A stretch of DNA of 64,000 nt from Tubulanus polymorphus (lineage: Eukaryota > Animalia > Nemertea), in the NCBI RefSeq assembly GCF_964204645.1, contig NC_134030.1:975355-1039354 (forward strand), in the 5' to 3' direction. The notes below the pieces were generated by a model. The model made no database searches. It saw only the letters and a program-made list of their open reading frames with translations, and was not told where the DNA came from. A program made the translations under genes and the position numbers. Positions 59,879 through 64,000 of the stretch are shown here, piece by piece. How positions within the stretch are numbered: the first letter of the stretch is position 1; each line of letters begins with the position of its first letter.

Positions 59879-62800
59879 CTATCTGATAGGCCGCTGCTGA
59901 GGCGTATTAATCCGATTTTGGGGAGGGGCAGCAGCGGGCGACAAAGGATTAACCGGTGGTGGTAATATCCTATCGGGAACCAAGTTTCTTTTAAATTCCT
60001 CCACCAAGTCCCCAAACGGGCAGTCTTGTAAAATGTCCAAAACTGTAAAATAAAAATAGAGAGAAATACATTAAACAACAAGTCGAATGGTTTTGATGCT
60101 ACGGTTAAGAATTCTGGTACTCGGCGAGGTTAAACATTCATTTCTTAAACTTTACAATCGATTGTCACATTGATGGCACCATCTATCCTTTCTAAAAACA
60201 ACTATAGGATTTCAATTGCACAATGTTAATACTACGGATCAACAGTTATTATTAGATTTTGATTATCAGTGACATACGTCACACTAAATGATATTGTATG
60301 AAAATAGTTAAACTACTTACACTCCGGTAGAAATAAACGTACAAACTCCTCCCACCGGAACGCACGACGAATTCGAAAAGTTAGTGTTCCTGCTTGACAA
60401 AACTAGTTTGAATAAGAGCTGTTTGTTTTAATGAGATGAACTGAATCCATAGAATTATGTAACTGAACCTAAGTGTGTCCAGTTCCCAAATAAGGATTTG
60501 TGTTTTTCTAACCCATTTACGTAAGATATCAACAGACAGGGTTCATTCAGAGGTCAATCCTAAATGTCCCTCCCTTGAGAAAAGTGGCGTTTCAGGTGAT
60601 CAACAGATAAAAATTCATTTAAAATCTGAATCTTTGGCTTTTCTATAAACAGATTGCAGATTGCATTGGCTTGAAACCTGCTTTTGGCATCTAGAAAAAT
60701 AAGTAAAAATCATTTGAAAAAACATTTTATAATGAGTCCGTCAAACAGTTCAATGCTTTCTTACACTTATTCTTAACAAAGTATGAATAAATTAGCATGA
60801 AAACAGTAAATTTGTAATTGCAGCAGCTTAGCCGCTTGAAGTCGAAGGGTCTGCCCCCCGTGTTTTTCTCTGAGCTTTCGGCATCTAGTAAGATAACTAT
60901 GATATAATGATATTAATAGAAAAATTTAAAGTAAAAGTATTAAATAAATTGAAGATACATCATATAATCGAGCCAGTCAAACAGTTCAGTACTTTCTAAC
61001 AACTATTCTTAATCATGAATAAATTAGCATGGAAACAGTAAATGTGTACTTACAGTAGCATACGGGCTGGAACTTGAGGGGCCCGCGGCCCAGGTTTTTC
61101 TAATTGCTTTAGGCATTGTTGTAATGCATGGTATGAATAATTAGCATGGAAGCAGTACATTTGTAATTGCAGCAGCTTATGGGCTGGAGGTCGGGCTGGA
61201 AGTTGAAGCTTCTGCGCCCCCTGTTTTTCTCTGAGCTTTCGGCATCTAGTAAAATAACTATGATATAATGATATTAATAGAAAAATTTAAAGTAAAAGTA
61301 TTAAATAAATTGAAGATACATCATATAATCGAGGCAGTCAAACAGTTCAGTACTTTCTTACAACTATTCTTAAGCATGGTATGAATAAATAAGCATGGAA
61401 ACAGTAAATTTGTACTTACTTTATTATAGGGGCTCGATGTTGAGGGCCCCGCGCCCCGTGTTTTTCTAACAGCTTTTGGCATCTTCTAGAAAAACAAGTA
61501 AAAATATTAAATCATTTGAAAATATATCAGTCTTATTCTGGTTCAGTGAACTAATTCTTTATATGGTGCATGTAGGGGTCCAGGGACACCACATCCACTA
61601 ATTCTCTATATGGTGCATGTAGGGGTCCAGGGACACCACATCCACTAATTCTCTATATGGTGCATGTAGGGGTCCAGGGACACCACATCCACTAATTCTC
61701 TATATGGTGCATGTAGGGGTCCAGGGACACCACATCCACTAATTCTCTATATGGTGCATGTAGGGGTCCAGGGACACCACATCCACTAATTCTCTATATG
61801 GTGCATGTAGGGGTCCAGGGACACCACATCCACTAATTCTCTATATGATGCATCCACTAATTCTCTATATGGTGCATGTAGGGGTCCACTCTATATGGTG
61901 CATGTAGGGGTCCAGGGACACGTATTGTTAAAAAGAGGCAGTTTAACGTCGTACCACAGGACAAATAGATAAAAATCACTGATAAAATGTATGGATAAAA
62001 CGTATTGTTAAAATGAGGCAGTTTAACGTCGTACCACAGGACAAACAGATAAAAATCACTGATAAAATGTATGGATAAAACGTATTGTTAAAATGAGGCA
62101 GTTTAACGTCGTACCACAGGACAAATAGATAAAAATCACTGATAAAATGTATGGATAAAACGTATTGTTAAAAAGAGGCAGTTTAACGTCGTACCACAGG
62201 ACAAACAGATAAAAATCACTGATAAAATGTATGGATAAAACGTATTGTTAAAAAGAGGCAGTTTAACGTCATACCACAGGACAAACAGATAAAAATCACT
62301 GATAAAATGTATGGATAAAACGTATTGTTAAAAAGAGGCAGTTTAACGTCATACCACAGGACAAACAGATAAAAATCACTGATAAAATGTATGGATAAAA
62401 CGTATTGTTAAAAAGAGGCAGTTTAACGTCGTACCACAGGACAAACAGAGTGCAATAATCAATGATTTTAATCCAAATAAGATCTTTTTAGTTGTGACTG
62501 TTTGAATTGAGAGGCGGCGATCTCGCTAGTGAGCCAAAAGACAGACACTTGAAATGAAAATAATATAAATAGTCAATTTCATTCGACATTTTTATTATGA
62601 CGTTCATTAATTAAAAAATTAGCATGAAAGCAAAGAATTTATAATTACAGGAGCATATGGGCTTGATGTTGAGGGACGCCCTTGTCCGCTGGGTGCCTTT
62701 TTCGTGGCTTTTGATATCTAAAAAAATTAGTAATAATATTAAATAAATTGAAAATATATCATATATCGAGCGAGTCAAACAGTTCAGTACTTTCTAACAA

Positions 62801-63712
62801 CTATTCTTAATCATGAATAAATTAGCATGGAAACAGTAAATTTGTACTAACAGTAGGATACGGGCTTGATGTTGAGGGCCCGCACCCCACGTTTTTTTCA
62901 CTGCTTTCGGCATTATCTAGAAAAATAAGTAAAACTATAAAATCATTTGAAAATACATAATATATCAGATTGTGGTAATCATGGTAATCATGGTATGAAT
63001 AAATTAGCATGGACGCAGTAAATTTGTTCTAGCACCATTTGTACTGGACGTGAGGGTGCCCTCGCCCGCTGGGCGTTTTTGCAGCTTTAGGCATATAGAA
63101 AAAGTAAAAACATTAAATCATTTGAAAATATATCTAGCCTCTCATACAGTTAAGTACTTTTACTTGCCTTATTCTTAAGCATGATATAAATGAATTATGC
63201 TGGGCGTGAGACAGAAACGGAAAGAAAACAGGCCGGCCCAATTCCCGGCCACCTTCATACCGAATGTTGAGTCAAAAAGGTGCTTTGGGCTTTAAAGAAT
63301 TGAAGACACTATTGTAAGCCGAAATAATTGTGGAATTGGACTAAAATTAAATCAAAAAATATGTGGTACATGTTATAGTTGATTTTTTTTCAGTGAAGGC
63401 ATATTAGGCGCACATGAACGACTCATGCGTTCAAGGCATATCCCTTCACTTATGAATATTTTTAAGATCAGTTAATAAATCCGGAATTGTCCCCGAACGA
63501 AGCCGCTCCTCCAATAGGAATCTCCCAGAGGCAATTTAATTGATGGGCACATTTTCAAAATTTGTTTTGGTTAGCGGGCCCCCGACACAGAGTTATGAAA
63601 ACTGGTCACAACTTTTAACTACATACAAAAAAATTGAATGCATTGAAATTGTATTTGGAGACTGAACTTACTTGGTGCTTGAAAGTCGGGAGGCGTCTCT
63701 GGAGGGGTGCTA

Positions 63713-63743
<31 letters not shown>

Positions 63744-63830
63744 TGTTGTTGTTATTTGACAGATTAGAAACAGGCGTCTCCGGAGGGGTGCGCTGCTGCT
63801 GCTGCTGCTGCTGCTGTTGTGATTCACCGA
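59879..63830 (-). CDS. 3' exons of an unidentified spliced gene (5' part outside the window)
   Basis: Exons 63830-63672 (TTTACAG / GTAAGT), 60389-60321 (GTAAGT donor) and 60042-59879 (TTTTACAG, stop TAG) join in frame: GESQ9RTPPETP...TPPETPPDFQAPRTLTFRIRRAFRWEEFVRLFLPEFLDILQDCPFGDLVEEFKRNLVPDRILPPP...PIR*. No family recognised. Confidence 0.45.
61551..61920. repeat. 47-bp minisatellite, about 7.5 copies
   Basis: CTAATTCTCTATATGGTGCATGTAGGGGTCCAGGGACACCACATCCA. Confidence 0.93.
61921..62449. repeat. 80-bp tandem repeat, 6.6 copies
   Basis: Units start at 61921, 62001, 62081, 62161, 62241, 62321 and 62401 (CGTATTGTTAAAA...). Confidence 0.95.
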
Positions 63831-64000
63831 CTGTAAATGGAAATAATATAAAAATAAATGCAACAGAAAATGAACACAACAGGCACTTATTACACGGTAG
63901 TTCAGTAGAATGAAGGGGTCTGGGTAGAAAAACGTGTATTCTAAGATTATCAGTATATTTTTCTGTGAGGAATTTCATAAAAACCGGCACGTACGAGGGA

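Larger units (their letters stand above)
60680..63180 (-). repeat. Degenerate tandem duplication of an exon-plus-flanking-intron unit (about 8 copies)
   Basis: Recurring minus-strand pattern TTTTCTAG|ATGCCNAAAGC...CCCTCAACATCAAGCCC...|GTAAGTACAAATTTACTGTTTCCATGCTAATTTATTCAT, interrupted by the 47- and 80-bp satellites. Confidence 0.75.

Noticed and set aside
59830-60081. 83-aa ORF from the track
   Set aside because: It starts in intron-like sequence. The frame compatible with the upstream exon (60389-60321) is a different one, ending at 59879.

Overview
Eukaryotic, AT-rich, repeat-dense animal genomic DNA with GT-AG introns. Gene content suggests a spiralian/lophotrochozoan-type invertebrate, but the species cannot be determined. 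Genes reconstructed by hand: (1) first coding exon of KANSL1 on the minus strand, with the rest of the gene outside the window; (2) a complete 18-exon DIXDC1/Dixin gene (+, 5370-22062, about 955 aa, CH + coiled coil + DIX); (3) a 3-exon, about 1920-aa GRL101-like GPCR with a CUB/C-type lectin/LDLa/LRR ectodomain (+, 24056-30714); (4) an intronless class A peptide-receptor-like GPCR tail-to-tail with it (-, 30792-31751); (5) a Vang/Strabismus gene (-, CDS 40419-44860, probable non-coding first exon near 54.95 kb); (6) the 3' part of an unidentified minus-strand spliced gene at 59.9-63.8 kb. Non-coding DNA holds MITEs, tRNA-derived SINEs and many minisatellites. Best leads: a 69-bp-period, partly inverted tandem array of minimal type I hammerhead-ribozyme motifs downstream of the Vang stop codon, with a related solo motif at 9539-9580; an array of about 8 duplicated mini-exon units at 60.7-63.1 kb; and tandem repeats that copy splice donors or stop codons, notably 11 extra donors each preceded by AATAAA in the last Dixin intron. 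All assignments come from reading the sequence by eye and recalled family motifs; no searches were run.
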